A stretch of 64,000 nt of DNA from Cenococcum geophilum. Its lineage: Eukaryota. Made by a program: the position numbers and the translations under genes. Each line of letters begins with the position of its first letter. Position 1 is the stretch's first letter. Where the stretch lies: assembly GCA_050273025.1 (NCBI GenBank), contig CP158635.1:8432001-8496000 (forward strand). Direction: 5' to 3'. The notes under the pieces were generated by a model, which saw nothing but the letters and a program-made list of their open reading frames with translations, was not told the DNA's origin and searched no databases. Positions 53,150 through 64,000 of this stretch are shown piece by piece.

Positions 53150-53400
53150 ATCTACCTGCCTACCTGCCTGCCTGCCTGCCTGCCTGCCTACCTACCTGCC
53201 TGCCTACCTACCTACCTACCTACCTACCTACCTGCCTGCCTACCTACCTACCTACCTACCTACCTGCCTGCCTACCTGCCTGCCTACTTGCCTGCCTACT
53301 TGCCTACCTGTCTGTCTGTCTATCTGTCCGTCCGTCTATACCTACCCGTCTATGCCTACCTATCTGTGCCTACCTGTCTGTGCCTACCTGTCTATGTCAC
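53150..53400. repeat. (CCTR)n tetranucleotide microsatellite
   Basis: Mixed CCTG/CCTA tandem run. Confidence 0.95.
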
Positions 53401-53469
53401 CTTGATTCGATCGATCGATCGAATCGTTTATCGTGTTCGCTGGCTGGTCGTTCGAACGGTTGTCGTGTG

Positions 53470-53860
53470 GCTCTGGCGACGGTCGTGTGGTGATGACGAC
53501 GGTCGTCTGGCTCTGACGGTCGTCTAGCTCTGGCGACGGTCATCTGGCTCCGGCGACGGCCGTCTAGCTCTGACGACGGTCGTCCAGCTCTGACGACGGT
53601 CGTCCAGCTCTGGCGACGGTCATCTGGCTCCGGCGACGGTCGTCTAGCTCTGACGATGGTCATCTGGCTCCGGCGACGGTCGTCTAGCTCTGACGACGGT
53701 CGTCTGGCTCTGACGGTCGTCTAGCTCTGGCGACGGTCATCTGGCTCCAGCGACGGTCGTCTAGCTCCGGCGACGGTCGTCTAGCTCTGACGACGGTCGT
53801 CTGGCTCTGACGGTCGTCTAGCTCTGGCGACGGTCGTCTGGCTCCGGCGACGGTCGTCTG
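53470..53860. repeat. 21-bp minisatellite CTCTGGCGACGGTCGTCTGG-type
   Basis: About 18 tandem units of 18-21 bp. Confidence 0.95.
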
Positions 53861-54024
53861 CTGGCTATCGTTCTGGTGTCTTCCTAGGTAGGGAGAATGT
53901 AAGGAAGGGTAAAAAATAAGGTGGCTACCTAGGTGTATATAGGGGGTATACTTGGCAGAGGCACGTGTAGAGGCTATCGGGAATATAGCGGGGACCCGAT
54001 AGTAGTGTATCGCGCGCACACATA

Positions 54025-54712
54025 AAGGCTTTGTGTAGAGCTTCGTGTAGAGCCTCCGTATGCAGGGCTTCGCGCAGAGCCTCGTGTAGAGCTTCGCGCA
54101 GAGCCTCATACAGAGCCTCTATATATAGAGCTTCGTGTAGAGCTTCGTAGAGCTTTATGCAGAGCTTCGTGTAAAGCTTTATATAGAGCTTTATGCAAAG
54201 CTTCGTGTAGAGCTTCGTGTAGAGCTTCGTGCAGAGCCTTGTGTAGAGCTTCGTATAGAGCTTCGTGCAGAGCCTCGTATAGAGCCTCTATATACAGAGC
54301 TTTGTGTAGAGCCTCGTGTAGAGCCTCGTGCAAAGCTTCGTGTAGAGCTTCGTGCAGAGCTTCGTGCAGAGCTTCGTGCAGAGCTTCGTGCAGAGCTTCG
54401 TGCAGAGCTTCGTGTAGAGCCTCGTGCAGAGCTTCGTGTAGAGCCTCGTGCAAAGCCTCTGTACGCAAAGCTTCGTGTAGAGCCTCGTGTAGAGCCTCGT
54501 GCAAAGCTTCGTATAGAGCTTCGTGCAGAGCTTCGTGCAGAGCTTCGTGTAGAGCTTCGTGTAGAGCTTCGTGTAGAGCTTCGTGCAGAGCCTCTGTACG
54601 CAGAGCTTTATGTAGAGCCTTGTGTAGAACCTCGTGTAAAGCTTCGTGTAGAGCTTCGTGTGGAGCTTCGTGTAGAGCTTCGTGTGGAGCTTCGTGCAGC
54701 GCTTTATGCAGT
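54025..54712. repeat. 12-bp minisatellite GCAGAGCTTCGT
   Basis: About 50 tandem units with C/T and G/A variants. Confidence 0.95.
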
Positions 54713-57699
54713 TTTATGGTATTTTTGTTACATTTTTGTTGCATTTTTGTTGCAGCCAAAAATTAGGGTCTGCTTAAGTCGCTTAAGTCGCAATTTTAGC
54801 AATTTATATAAAGTAGCCTGCAAATCGCTGCAAATCGCCGCAAATTGCCAAAATTGCGACTTAAGCGAGTTAAGCAGACCCCAATTTTCGGCTGCAACAA
54901 CGCGCCCAAAAAAAAAAATCCTAATGTACTACCAGAACTACAAGGTCCGACTACTACTATAGTTACTATAGTCACCTACCCTACTATAAAAGCACTAGAA
55001 GAAAAGGAACACCGTATAGGTAAACTAGAAGAACCCTATACTTCTAACTTAGTACTAGGAGAACTAGGCCTAAGAGGGGCAATACTATAGTCGTCTCTAT
55101 TACCAGAGCCAGGTCCATTAATATAGCTAAATCGGTTATTAAGTTGGAGCCCCTTAACGGAGTTAGGGGCCCCTATAGCATTAGTGTTAATCTTTAAAAA
55201 GGTAAGTAACCTGTATAGAGATATGTAACGCTATGCCACTACATTTTAAATAACCAATGCATCTACTATAAAGGACGCAGCTAAGGCGCTATAAGCCTTT
55301 AAGAAGGCAGCCTGGCAATTGACTACTAACTTACTCCTAGTGGGTAAGGAGAGCATAATACCATTAATTGCTAAAAGCGACGACGAGGACTATAATAATT
55401 AAAATAATGTTGATTTAGATAATAATGGAGTCTACTAAATTAACTAATAGCTTAAGGGGGGTATAGAGACAGAGGCTTCCAAACTAGAAGAGCTTCCTAT
55501 TAGAGTAAATACTTATAGCCAAAAGAAGAAGGTCTCTTATATGGCGATCGCATTCTCATCCTATATATAGATATAGTTAGCTCCTTAGGAACCTCATTTA
55601 GAAGCTCCGCACAAGATTAAGATACCGCGAACATTAAAGGAGGCTCTACAGTTACTAGAAGCTCCTTACTGGCGTCAAGCGCTGATGGTTAAAATGACTT
55701 AACACCAAAAGGCTAAGATGTATTGACTGGTTAAAAGACCAAAGGGCGCATAAGTACTACTATTAAAGTTCGTCTTTAACCTTAAATATAACGTATCTAA
55801 AGAGGTGATCTGGTATAAGGTATAGTGGGTTATATACAGTAACCACTAAGTGGCGAATATTGACTATAACAGTACGTATACTACGGTAGTAACCTCAACT
55901 GCGTATAGGATACTACTGGCGTTAATCGCGGTATATAACCTTAAGGCTTACCAGATTAACGTTATTATAGCCTTCCTAAACAGCTTTATAAGGAAGTACT
56001 TAATATATATATAACAGCTAAAAGGATTTAAAGATGACGATTATAAGTTAGTCTATTTATTGCTAAAAGCGATATATAGCCTTAAATAGGCACCTCTGCT
56101 ATAGTATAACACCCTAACGAAGTATTTAAAGACGATAGGATTTAACCTAATTGACGAAGATCCTTGCGTATTTCGACACCGCGAACACTAGAACGCCTAT
56201 CTCTGCTTATATATAGATAATATTATAATTGCGGCAGCAACAATACTAGTCATTAAGGCCCTTAAGGAGCTCCTATGAAAACGATATAAGATTAAGGACC
56301 TGGGAGAGCTTTAATTCTTCCTAGGGATTCGTATAGTACGCGACCAAGTCAATTAAAAGATCGCGATTGTGTAGGACGCCTATATGACAAGGATCCTAGA
56401 GTCCTTTAAGCTCACTAAAATTAACCCAAAAGCGACACTAATAGCTACTAGCCTTTAATTAAGAAAGCGCTATCTAGAAGACCTCGCAGATAAGGCCTAT
56501 AAGAAGTAGTACTTAGAAGCCATTGGATCCTTTACCTAGCTCTTATATTAGACGAGGCTAGACCTATCTACAGCTATAGGAAAGCTATTGCGATATTTAG
56601 CTAATCCACCTAATAAATATTAAGCGCACGTTAAGAGAGTATTTGGATATATCTAAGGTATGAAAGACTATGGAATTATATATGGCGGCAAGCAGTACAA
56701 CTCCGGGAGACTTAACCTAGAAGTATACGTTGATGCAGCTTACGGTAATAACCTAGATGACCGTAAATCGACTTAGGGCTGGTTTATTAAACTAACTAGA
56801 GCTCTAATTAAATGGGCTTTAAAGAAGCAATTAACAGTGGCGATGTTATTTACGGTGGCAGAGTACCTAGCTATTAAATCGGCAGCATAAGAAGCGATTA
56901 AGATTACGACCTTCCTAAGAGCCCTTGGCTACAACGGCACGGATCTAGCCCTAGTTTAGATCTATATAGATAGTGCGAACGTACAAGCACTCACCAAGGG
57001 CGAACAACCGGTGCTAAAAGAGCGCTATGCGGATATTAAGCTCTGTAATATTAAAGATAATATTAAATAGGGCAGGATTAAACTACACTATATACCGGGC
57101 GTGGATTAGCCAGTAGATGGCTTGACGAAGGCTCTACTAAAGGTCGCCTATAAGGCGTTTAAGATGGGTATTAGAGTTACTAAAGTCTTCTAGGTCACCT
57201 AGGCCTAATTAGGAAATCATACTACGACCGGCGGAACCTAAGAATTAATGCCAATTAACTTAGTTTCAAATTTCAAAAGCTTACTAATACTACTTTTTAG
57301 CATAAGAGACGGGCGATCGAGCGCCGTTAATATTTAATATTTCCATTTTTTTTCCCAAGCTCATTTCTTACTACTTATACTACCCCTACCTAATAACTAC
57401 GACCTTATAGAGCATAGTATAGTCATCCTAGAGGAGTTTCCTATTCGCTAGAGCTTATAGAGCCTAGGGGGGTGTATTAGTAGGGGGGGGGTACTTAGGC
57501 AGTCTCTTTAAGCTTAGCGGCATATCACGTGACAGCGCGCGGGCCATCGTGTAGATACCTTCTCGGGGCCTTTAAGCCCCTAAGATTCTTCCTTATAGAG
57601 TATTATATATATCATTCCATTAGCCTACTTAGTGCCCTAACATTTTATAACGTTTTTATAACAAAATCGCGCCTAGGCGAGGCTCTAGTAATGCAGCAT

Positions 57700-58050
57700 T
57701 AAAATTACCTTTTTTACTGCCGTATCTCGACCTTTTTATAACGTCTAGTTATTATAAAAAATACTACAAGGTAGGAGCTCTTTAGCTTCTCTATCTATTG
57801 CATTAAATAATAACGTTGTAGCTATATTATATGGGATATTAGATATAGGCAGTCGGTCGCATTTTATTTAAAATATACTAAAATTACCTTTTTTACTACC
57901 GTACCTTAACCCTTTTATAACGTCTAGTTATTATAAAAATACTACAAGGTTGGAGCTCTTTAGCTTCTCTATTTATTGCATTAAATAATAACGTTATAGC
58001 TATATTATATGGGATATTAGATATAGGTAGTTGGTCGCACTTTATCTAAA
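57700..58050. repeat. Direct tandem duplication, ~179-bp unit
   Basis: TAAAATTACCTTTTTTACT...GGTCGCA occurs at 57700 and 57879. Confidence 0.9.
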
Positions 58051-58243
58051 TGTGACGGCGCTGGAGCGCGTCACCTAGTCAGGGGTTCGCTTAAGACTTG
58101 GCGTGTGTATATAGACGTGGCCTCACCACCTTCTCTTGCTCCTTAGCTTAATATCTTCGTAATACAGCATTCGTTCGCTTGATCTTGCAAGCATTCGTTC
58201 AAGTCTCTGTTGAGACATTTGTTCGATGGTTCGAGCCGTCACA
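58051..58243. mobile_element. Solo LTR, 193 bp, TSD CTAAA
   Basis: CTAAA|TGTGACGGC...GCCGTCACA|CTAAA; 9-bp inverted ends; little RIP. Confidence 0.92.
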
Positions 58244-58954
58244 CTAAACTCATTACTTTAAAATCTTATAAGTCGACCTAAAAAAGTCACTTTATATTTT
58301 TCTACCTGTAATTTTAATAACTTACTTTTATACTATAGGGTTTTTATATAAATATTTTTAAAAAGTAGCTTTAGTTATATAATTGATTAGATTTTTAAAA
58401 ATACGTTATTTAGGGTAAAAGTAGGGCAGTAGAAAAGGTGGGAAAGAGATACTAATCTTAAGTTAACCTCTATATATTTTCGTATTAAAGGCCCTTAAAT
58501 AGTAAACAAGATAGCGCTTATAAGTATAGGGGTTATATAACGCTAGTAGGGGTTTAATAAAGCTAGTAGGGGTTTTATATAAAGCTATACTAGTTAAGTA
58601 CTAGTGAGATTTATCTTGTTTACCACTTAAGTTATATTAGGGCACTAAGCAGGCTAATAGAATAATACATATAATGCTCTATAAGGAAGCTTAGGGGCTT
58701 AAAGGCCCTAAGAAGATATCTATCACATATTGGGGGGGGTTATTTAGCTCGGTTACGGCCCAGGTTAATACGAGGTTAGGGCCACCCCTGCTGATAATTG
58801 GCGCGAACCCCGCACGAGGTCACGCAGCGACCGCCCCCGAGTACCTTTGCACGCGATTTTGGGCGAAAAGGTACATAATTTAAGTTAGATCGGTACTTCT
58901 GGACGGTCGCGTAATGTTACTCTAAATTTTAAACACCCAAACGCGTGCCATTCC

Positions 58955-59195
58955 TATATTAAGGCGTCTTAGTTACTATAATATAGTCCTATATTGAGAC
59001 GTCTCGGTCGCTAAAGTATAGTCCTACATCGAGGCGTCTTAGTCACTATAGTATAGTCTTATATTAAGGCGTCTCGGTTACTGCAGTATAGTCTTATATT
59101 AAGGCGTCTCGGTCACTACAGTAGTCCTATATTAAGACGTCTCGGTTGCTGCAGTGCAGTCCTATATTAAGGCGTCTCGGTTACTATAGTAGTCC
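58955..59195. repeat. 30-35 bp tandem repeat in the Crypton 3' region
   Basis: TATATTRAGGCGTCTCGGTYRCTRYAGTATAGTCY, about 7 units. Confidence 0.9.
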
Positions 59196-59629
59196 TATAG
59201 TGAGATAGTATTACATATATATATATACTGTTTAATATAAAGCCTTTCTCTCCCTCCCCCGCCCTAAGAGCTAGTAGTTAGATATTCTTATAAAGCCAAT
59301 CTAAAGAACGCCGGCCCCGTAGCTGCTCTAGCTGGTTAATAGCCTATCTCTTATCTCTTGCCGTACCGTCTTCTACGCGCCGTCTTATATCCTTAATTAT
59401 CCTACGGCGACGGCTATAGAATATAGCCTCGCCGTTAACCCGCTAGCGCGCCCCCTAGCAGCGATTAAGAGCTTCAATTAACGGCCTACCCGCTAGCCCT
59501 AAAGTCCACTTAGCCTAGAGCTAGAATACCGAATTGCCGCCCCAAAGCATCTTATATTTTCTTGGCGGCGCCTACAGGTTAAGGATAAATAGGAGAAGTG
59601 GTTGAGTATCTACTTGCGCCTACGCTAGC

Positions 59630-59870
59630 GGGGGCGGCGCGGATATAGTAGATAGCTAAGCGGGTAGTGCGGATATAGTAGACAGCTAAGTGGGGGGTGC
59701 GGATATAGCAGACAGCTAAGCAGGGGGTGTGGATATAGCAGACAGCTAAGTAGGGGGTGCGGATATAGCAGATAGCGAAGCGGGGGGTGTGGATATAGTA
59801 GATAGCTAAGCGGGCGGTGCGGATATAGTAGATAGCTAAGCAGGTGGCGCGGATATGGTAGATGTTATAG
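59630..59870. repeat. 30-bp (10-codon) tandem repeat in the Crypton CDS
   Basis: GCGGATATAGCAGACAGCTAAGCGGGGGGT, about 8 units. Confidence 0.9.
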
Positions 59871-62616
59871 TAGACATTATGGTAGACGGTGGATGTACGG
59901 ACTCCATAGGCCCTATCTAGATGCCTGTCTTTCCTTACTAGATCTATATAGGTGTAGGTATAAATAATACTAATGACCTTTCTATCTCGCTAAGGCGTTC
60001 TAAGATTGTATATACGTGCAACTAAACCCCCTTAATCTCTAAGATTGCGGCCTTATATCTTAGCTTAGCTACAGCCTTATAGGCGGGCCAGTATTTCCGT
60101 ATTATTAGTTTATTTAGCGTAACTATGTTAGCTAGCGAGCTTTCTACCCGTGCGGTAAACCTCTGGTACTCCTCGCAGCTAAAGAGGAAGTCCTTCTATA
60201 GGGGGTGGAGCGGGAACTGCTTACGTAGGATTACTAAGTCCTATAATAGGATTACCCTAAGTGCATAAAGGAGACGTAGAAATCCTAAGCCCATAAGGTT
60301 AAGCTATATAACCTTATTATCGGCCCTATCTAGGTAGTAGGTCTCCATGCGTTTTAGCCAGACGTTAGTCTCGGGCCATATCTTTAAGCAGAGGGCCTCC
60401 TCTGGCACCTCCCGCGCGTAGAGAAAAAAGTAGCCCTTTCCCTCCTTTGGGAAGCCGGCAATCGACCGTATAAACGCACGGGGTAGGTAGCTAAGGTAGG
60501 CTCCCATCATCGCGTCCGTATTCTAGCGTCCGGCCCGTCTAATTTAGGTCTCCTTAACGCCGCTAAGCTTAGTATGCCGGACGCTCTGCTTACAGGCGCT
60601 ATAAGTCTTCTCTTTTAAGTAAATCCCTACCCCCTAAAACATCTTCTTATTTTATTTAAACTGCGTATAATAGCTTAGCGGCCATTATAGTACTTTAATA
60701 CTGCTAGGGAAGACGTATAGGTTATAGTAGTCCTTTAGCTATTAAAAGAATGGGAAGCTTTTAGCGCCATCCTTACCCTAGCGGTTAAAGAAGTAGAAGG
60801 CTATTATAGAGAGAGGGTAGAGGATAGGGTTAGTATTACGCATACAGCCCATATACTTAACCTTGCCGTGCTAATTCTGCTTCCCCTATATTATTAATAT
60901 AATTATATACGGCGCTAGCTCGTCCGGTTTAGGCCCTTTATTCTCTAGTTTAATAAGGATAAGGTTAGTAAGCTAAACGTCCCGTCTACTTTTACCCTAG
61001 GTAATGGTAGTATAGCCTAAGGAAAGGAATAGGTTAGAAAATGGTAGCTATATAGACTAGTAATATATAAACCTAATAAATACTTGGCCGCAGTTTAAAG
61101 GTAAGACTTAACTAAACCCAGCATTTTAGAGCCCGTCTCCTAGCACCAAGTAATCGCCCTTTTAAGCCCTTTAATGTTATAGCCGCCAGTAATTATAAAT
61201 AGGCCTCGGTTAATAAAGTTAACGCGTTAAATCCGGTCCTTATCGCGGCGGACGCTATCTAGTATCGCCGAGAGCTTCGCCCCCTATAGCGGCTGCGAGG
61301 CTTTACCTTCTAATTGCTATGTATAGAGCTTAGTAATAGCGGAGACGTAGCTATTTACAACTGAGTATCGGACTATCTCGTTAAAAAGGGCGTCTAGGGC
61401 CTCCTTATCCCATATCTCTCCTTCCTTATCCTTTATGGCTTCTTCCCCTATAGCTGCGGCTGCCCCTGCGGCTGCCTCCCCCCCTAGCTGCCCTCCCGCC
61501 TTAGCCGTCTTCTGCCTCTTCTTCGCCCACTCACCATCTTTCTACATCTCTTTCCGTTTCGACTTGCGTTTTTAATAGCCAGCGGCCCATAATTCTCGGT
61601 TAACGACTTACTGCTCTAGAAATAGGCAAAGCTTATCTTCCGTTACCCGGGCGCCGTCCGTATTGCCTTCTAGTCTCGCGCACCAGTCTTCCCACTCTTT
61701 CTGCTTTGGCTCGTACGCCCTCGTAGTATTCTTCGAGCGCTAGGCCTTATAAATATCCTGTAGCCGCGCCGTCTGGGCCTTAAATTCGCTCTGGAGGCTA
61801 TAGGGGGGGGAGGCTGGGGGGGCTTCCTTTGGCCGTAAAGTGGACCGTAGGGTAAGAAGATTCTTAAAAGACTCCATATCCGCAAGAGGTAAGGGGGAGA
61901 CGCGTGAGCGCGGCGCGGGTAAATAAAGCCACCGAACGCGTAAATATCACAGGAGAAGAAGAAGAGAGCTCTATATTATAGAATTAGAATTGCGGTAGGC
62001 CTTTCTATATAAAATCAGAAGCCCCACGCGAGCCATCGCGGGCACGAGAACAGTAGAGGGTTGGAAAATGGATTGTCGAGGCGACGATAAGGTCGAAGGC
62101 GCGCTAAGGCCCTCCATACTAACCTAGTACTAACCTAGGCCTCAAAAACGCGTCCGAAAAGTAGGGGCCACCACCTAGGGGGGGTGCGATATTTGGACGA
62201 TATGTCGAGGACCTTGGGGGCTCGTGCGTAACCCGAGGTTATGCCAAGCTTAACCCGGACCTCCGATACCTACACGATGGCCCGCGCGCTGTCACGTGAC
62301 ACGTCGCTGAGCTCAAAGAGACTGCCCAAGTACCCCCCCTACCAACACACCCCCCCAGGCTCTATGAGCTCTAGCGAATAGGAAACTCCTCCGGGATGAC
62401 TATACCATGCTCCGTAAGGTCGTGGTTAATAGGTAGGGGTAGTACAAGTAGTAAGAAATGAAATTGGGAAAAATGGAAATTTCGAATATCGACGACGCTC
62501 GATCGCCCGTCTCCCATGCTGAAAAGTAGTATTAGTAAGCCTTTGAAATCTGAAACTGAGTCGATTGGTATCAATTCCGAGGTTTCGCCGGTCGTAGTAT
62601 GATTTCCTAATTAGGA

Positions 62617-64000
62617 CTAGGTGACCCAGGAGACTTTGGTGACTCCGACACCCATCTTGAACGCCTCATGGGCGACCTTTGGTAGAGCCTTCGTCAAGCC
62701 GTCTGCTGGCTGATCCATGCTCGGTATATGGTGTAGTTTAATCCTACCCCGTTCAATATCCTTGCGGAGCTTAATATCCGCATAGTGGTCCTTTGGTCTT
62801 TTGACGAATCGATGCGTCTTGACCTTCTTGTGTTGAGTCGTCTCAACAGTCAGTGTCTGCCGCCAGCGAGGAGCCTCTGGTGACTGCAGGGCTTCCTTCA
62901 ACATTCGCGGTATCTTGATCTTGTGCGGAGCTTTTGGATGAGACTCCGGATGAGGCTCCAGAGGGGTCGGCTGTATATGTGCGTGAGACGAGCATGCAAC
63001 TGCCGTATAATAGACCTTCTTTGGTTCAGTAGTCGCTGTCTCCACACCCCCCTCAAGCTGTTGGTCAATTCGGTAGACGCCGCTGTTATCAGAATCGACG
63101 TCGTCTTGATCGTTATGACCTTCGTCGCCCTTGGCGATCGTCGGTATTATGCTCTCCCTGCTTTGAGAGATCTGGCGCTTTGCCTTCGAGGCGTGCGCAA
63201 TATATTGAGGCTTTGAAGCCTGTCGAACGACATATAGGCCGTTCTTGCAAGTCGCTCTGCCCACCACCAAATCGTCGGAGTACCGTCGAATCGTACGGCC
63301 GCCTGTTTCCTTGTCAGGCCCAATGTAGAGCTTCTTGCGCTTCTCAAGAGCCGACTCCGATAGGAGCTTGTAAGGTGATTTGGGTGCATAGTAGGCCTCA
63401 GTGGTTACCGTGCAGGTGTTGCCGTCGTCCATTAGTAGGGGTATATGTACCGTCCCTTTGCCAATCGCATAGTGGATAGTCCCCCCTGACGTTCCTATTT
63501 CGTAAGGTGGCAATAAGGTCTTGTACTCAATGAACTGACTTTGTTCATTGCTTATTGTAATATTGGAACAGGAATCAAGGAACCAGTCGTCCTGATTGCT
63601 GTCGCCCAAGTCGTCGACTATGGCCATGCTGCTGATGAATAGGCCTTCTGCCGAGCCTCTGCCTGTCGTTCCGACTTGATGATTCGAATTCGATGTAGTC
63701 TCTACCCCATCCTGGGGTGGATCTATGCATAAAATATGCTTTTTGTAAGGCCTCCACGCCGGGTATCGAAGCTCCGGGTGAAGGTAGAAACACCTCTCCT
63801 TGTCGCCAGGGTGCTTGCCATTGCAATGTGAGCAGCGCTCAAGTTCCTTTTCTTCTGAATTGGATTTTGGTTGATCGTCTGGCTTCTTGCTGACTGAGGA
63901 CATCGCGATGGAGGTATCTGGTCGAGTACGACTCTCGTCCATAAGGTCGCTCACCAGTTCCTCTATTGTAATAAGGTCTTCCTCCCTTGTGACTCTCCTG
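62617..64000 (-). CDS. Open, RIP-free, internally deleted Copia gag-pol polyprotein (zinc knuckle + protease + fused remnants); frame open to window edge
   Basis: 445-aa ORF 62617-63954: CSHCNGKH..C, WFLDSCS, KNGLYVV, then linker and RNase H tail DQPADGLTKAL; integrase core and RT absent. Confidence 0.85.
   Translation of the reverse strand, partial: RRVTREEDLITIEELVSDLMDESRTRPDTSIAMSSVSKKPDDQPKSNSEEKELERCSHCNGKHPGDKERCFYLHPELRYPAWRPYKKHILCIDPPQDGVETTSNSNHQVGTTGRGSAEGLFISSMAIVDDLGDSNQDDWFLDSCSNITISNEQSQFIEYKTLLPPYEIGTSGGTIHYAIGKGTVHIPLLMDDGNTCTVTTEAYYAPKSPYKLLSESALEKRKKLYIGPDKETGGRTIRRYSDDLVVGRATCKNGLYVVRQASKPQYIAHASKAKRQISQSRESIIPTIAKGDEGHNDQDDVDSDNSGVYRIDQQLEGGVETATTEPKKVYYTAVACSSHAHIQPTPLEPHPESHPKAPHKIKIPRMLKEALQSPEAPRWRQTLTVETTQHKKVKTHRFVKRPKDHYADIKLRKDIERGRIKLHHIPSMDQPADGLTKALPKVAHEAFKMGVGVTKVSWVT

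Larger units (their letters stand above)
52677..54926. mobile_element. 2.25-kb non-autonomous TIR element filled with tandem repeats, TA TSD
   Basis: TA|CATCAGGATTTTTTTTTTTGGGCGCGTTGTTG...CAACAACGCGCCCAAAAAAAAAAATCCTAATG|TA; removal restores the Copia frame LEPELLPELQG. Confidence 0.9.
49562..57642 (+). mobile_element. Full-length Ty1/Copia element D, RIP-degenerate; LTRs 49562-50154 (MITE-interrupted) and 57475-57642; TSD TTTTA
   Basis: GGTTATAAGCCC after the 5' LTR; gag knuckle CTHC, protease WFLNSC, HQRLG..CEAC, integrase (APYTSK*NG), RT (AFLNS, LYIDN), RNase H (YVDAAY, DGLTKAL). Confidence 0.95.
58723..62272 (-). mobile_element. Crypton (CryptonF-like) tyrosine-recombinase transposon, RIP-degenerate; CDS ~61877 to ~59230
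   Basis: Minus-strand HGKVKYMGCMRN..AFYFFNR, RRAGR*NTDAMMGAYLSYLPRAFIRSIAGF and GCR1_C-like C-terminus (PLIEALNRC*GAR*R..YSRRRIIKDIRRR); no TIRs; short direct repeat GATA(T/C)CTA at 58715-58722 and 62265-62272. Confidence 0.85.
58635..64000 (-). mobile_element. Copia D-related deletion derivative D' (5' part outside window); 3' LTR split into 58635-58722 and ~62265-62347 by a Crypton
   Basis: Both pieces match the reverse complement of the Copia D LTR and are contiguous in it; 3' UTR 62348-62616 matches 57200-57474. Confidence 0.92.

Noticed and set aside
53109..54962. HEAL, CRAS, PTYL and ARRPSPE repeat ORFs
   Set aside because: Translations of micro- and minisatellites within a non-autonomous element
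58955..59195. CRISPR-like regular ~33-bp repeats
   Set aside because: Tandem units with no unique spacers, no cas genes, eukaryotic context
62923..63826. Alternative-frame and antisense ORFs over the Copia D' ORF
   Set aside because: Shadow ORFs of a GC-balanced coding region
1..64000. tRNA, rRNA or telomeric arrays
   Set aside because: None recognised by eye; TTAGGG occurs only as scattered single matches

Overview
Fungal (filamentous ascomycete-type) AT-rich transposon cluster heavily mutated by RIP-like C->T/G->A transitions (TpA excess, TAA/TAG stops replacing CAA/CAG/TGG). It contains one ~4 kb GC-balanced island (7730-11880) with an RRP42-like exosome gene fragment and one intact, probably 3-exon gene for an uncharacterised membrane protein. 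The rest is deeply nested TEs, many with exact ends and TSDs: six Ty3/Gypsy copies or fragments, four Ty1/Copia elements (one GalEa-like), a Fot1/pogo transposon, hAT-type elements, several MITEs, a solo LTR and a Crypton tyrosine-recombinase element. Most notable: (i) a ~200 bp palindrome/CCAAT module shared by the 3' UTRs of a Copia and a Gypsy element, with a compensatory base change; (ii) an antisense Zn2Cys6-like ORF in both copies of one Gypsy family; (iii) a RIP-free Copia derivative whose large deletions all keep the frame; (iv) two MITEs with different TIRs but the same fold-back core; (v) one GCAGAGC repeat family inside three elements with unrelated termini. All analysis was by eye; family names come from motif recognition, not database searches.
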